From: a virus
Taxonomy: Duplodnaviria; Heunggongvirae; Uroviricota; Caudoviricetes
Virus record (IMG/VR): IMGVR_UViG_2778261462_000003
DNA length: 5,347 nt
Strand: one strand, 5' to 3'
Part shown: in pieces, positions 5,261 to 5,347 of the stretch
Position numbering within the stretch: the stretch's first letter is position 1
Layout: each line of letters starts with the position of its first letter
Notes under the pieces: model-generated
Databases searched by the model: none
Seen by the model: only the letters and a program-made list of their open reading frames with translations
What the model was told of the DNA's origin: nothing
Position numbers and translations under genes: made by a program

Positions 5261-5347
5261 ACTCAGGCTGCCAGATCATCGTTTCCGATGGAAGCATAAT
5301 AAGCTTTTTCTGCTTCTGCCGGAGGAGTATGGCCCAGCCTTTCCAGC

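Larger units (their letters stand above)
4085..5347 (+). mobile_element. Insertion sequence, partial or with unresolved boundaries
   Basis: Transposase gene plus upstream repeat and hairpin. Neither terminal inverted repeat could be identified, and the right end may lie beyond the window or be deleted. Confidence 0.4.

Noticed and set aside
3936-5321. Possible IS terminal inverted repeats: GGCAGATAGAGAAAAGCC (3936-3953) versus the reverse complement of 5304-5321 (GGCAGAAGCAGAAAAAGC)
   Set aside because: Only about 14 of 18 positions match, and the left copy is itself an arm of the local 9-bp inverted repeat. The similarity is weak enough to be chance.
1-5347. tRNA or other structured RNA genes, and a phage attachment site
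   Set aside because: No tRNA-like T-loop or cloverleaf candidates and no integrase gene were found in the window; nothing to support an att site.

Overview
This window reads as the early-right/replication module of a lambdoid-type enterobacterial prophage, followed by a decayed AT-rich accessory segment and an insertion-sequence transposase. All calls come from reading the sequence and the supplied ORF track; no database search was run, so family names are recalled from memory and tentative. In order: an operator-like cluster of dyad symmetries (63-93); a 173-aa early protein (192-713); a replication-initiator (O-like) gene (694-1659) carrying five iterons at 23-bp spacing inside its coding sequence (1036-1145), i.e. 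a probable phage origin; a 140-aa unknown protein (1700-2122); a methyltransferase remnant with an in-frame TAA (2119-2565); three short overlapping ORFs each broken by one in-frame stop (2738-3373); a 59-aa two-helix membrane protein with a strong Shine-Dalgarno (3628-3807); a hairpin-dense 330-bp non-coding stretch (3808-4141); and a DDE transposase (4142-5260) whose ribosome-binding site sits inside a terminator-like hairpin. No tRNA, rRNA or CRISPR array was seen. The best candidate for something undescribed is the 2700-4140 segment (small membrane protein plus structured RNA-like region), but nothing here establishes a function for it.
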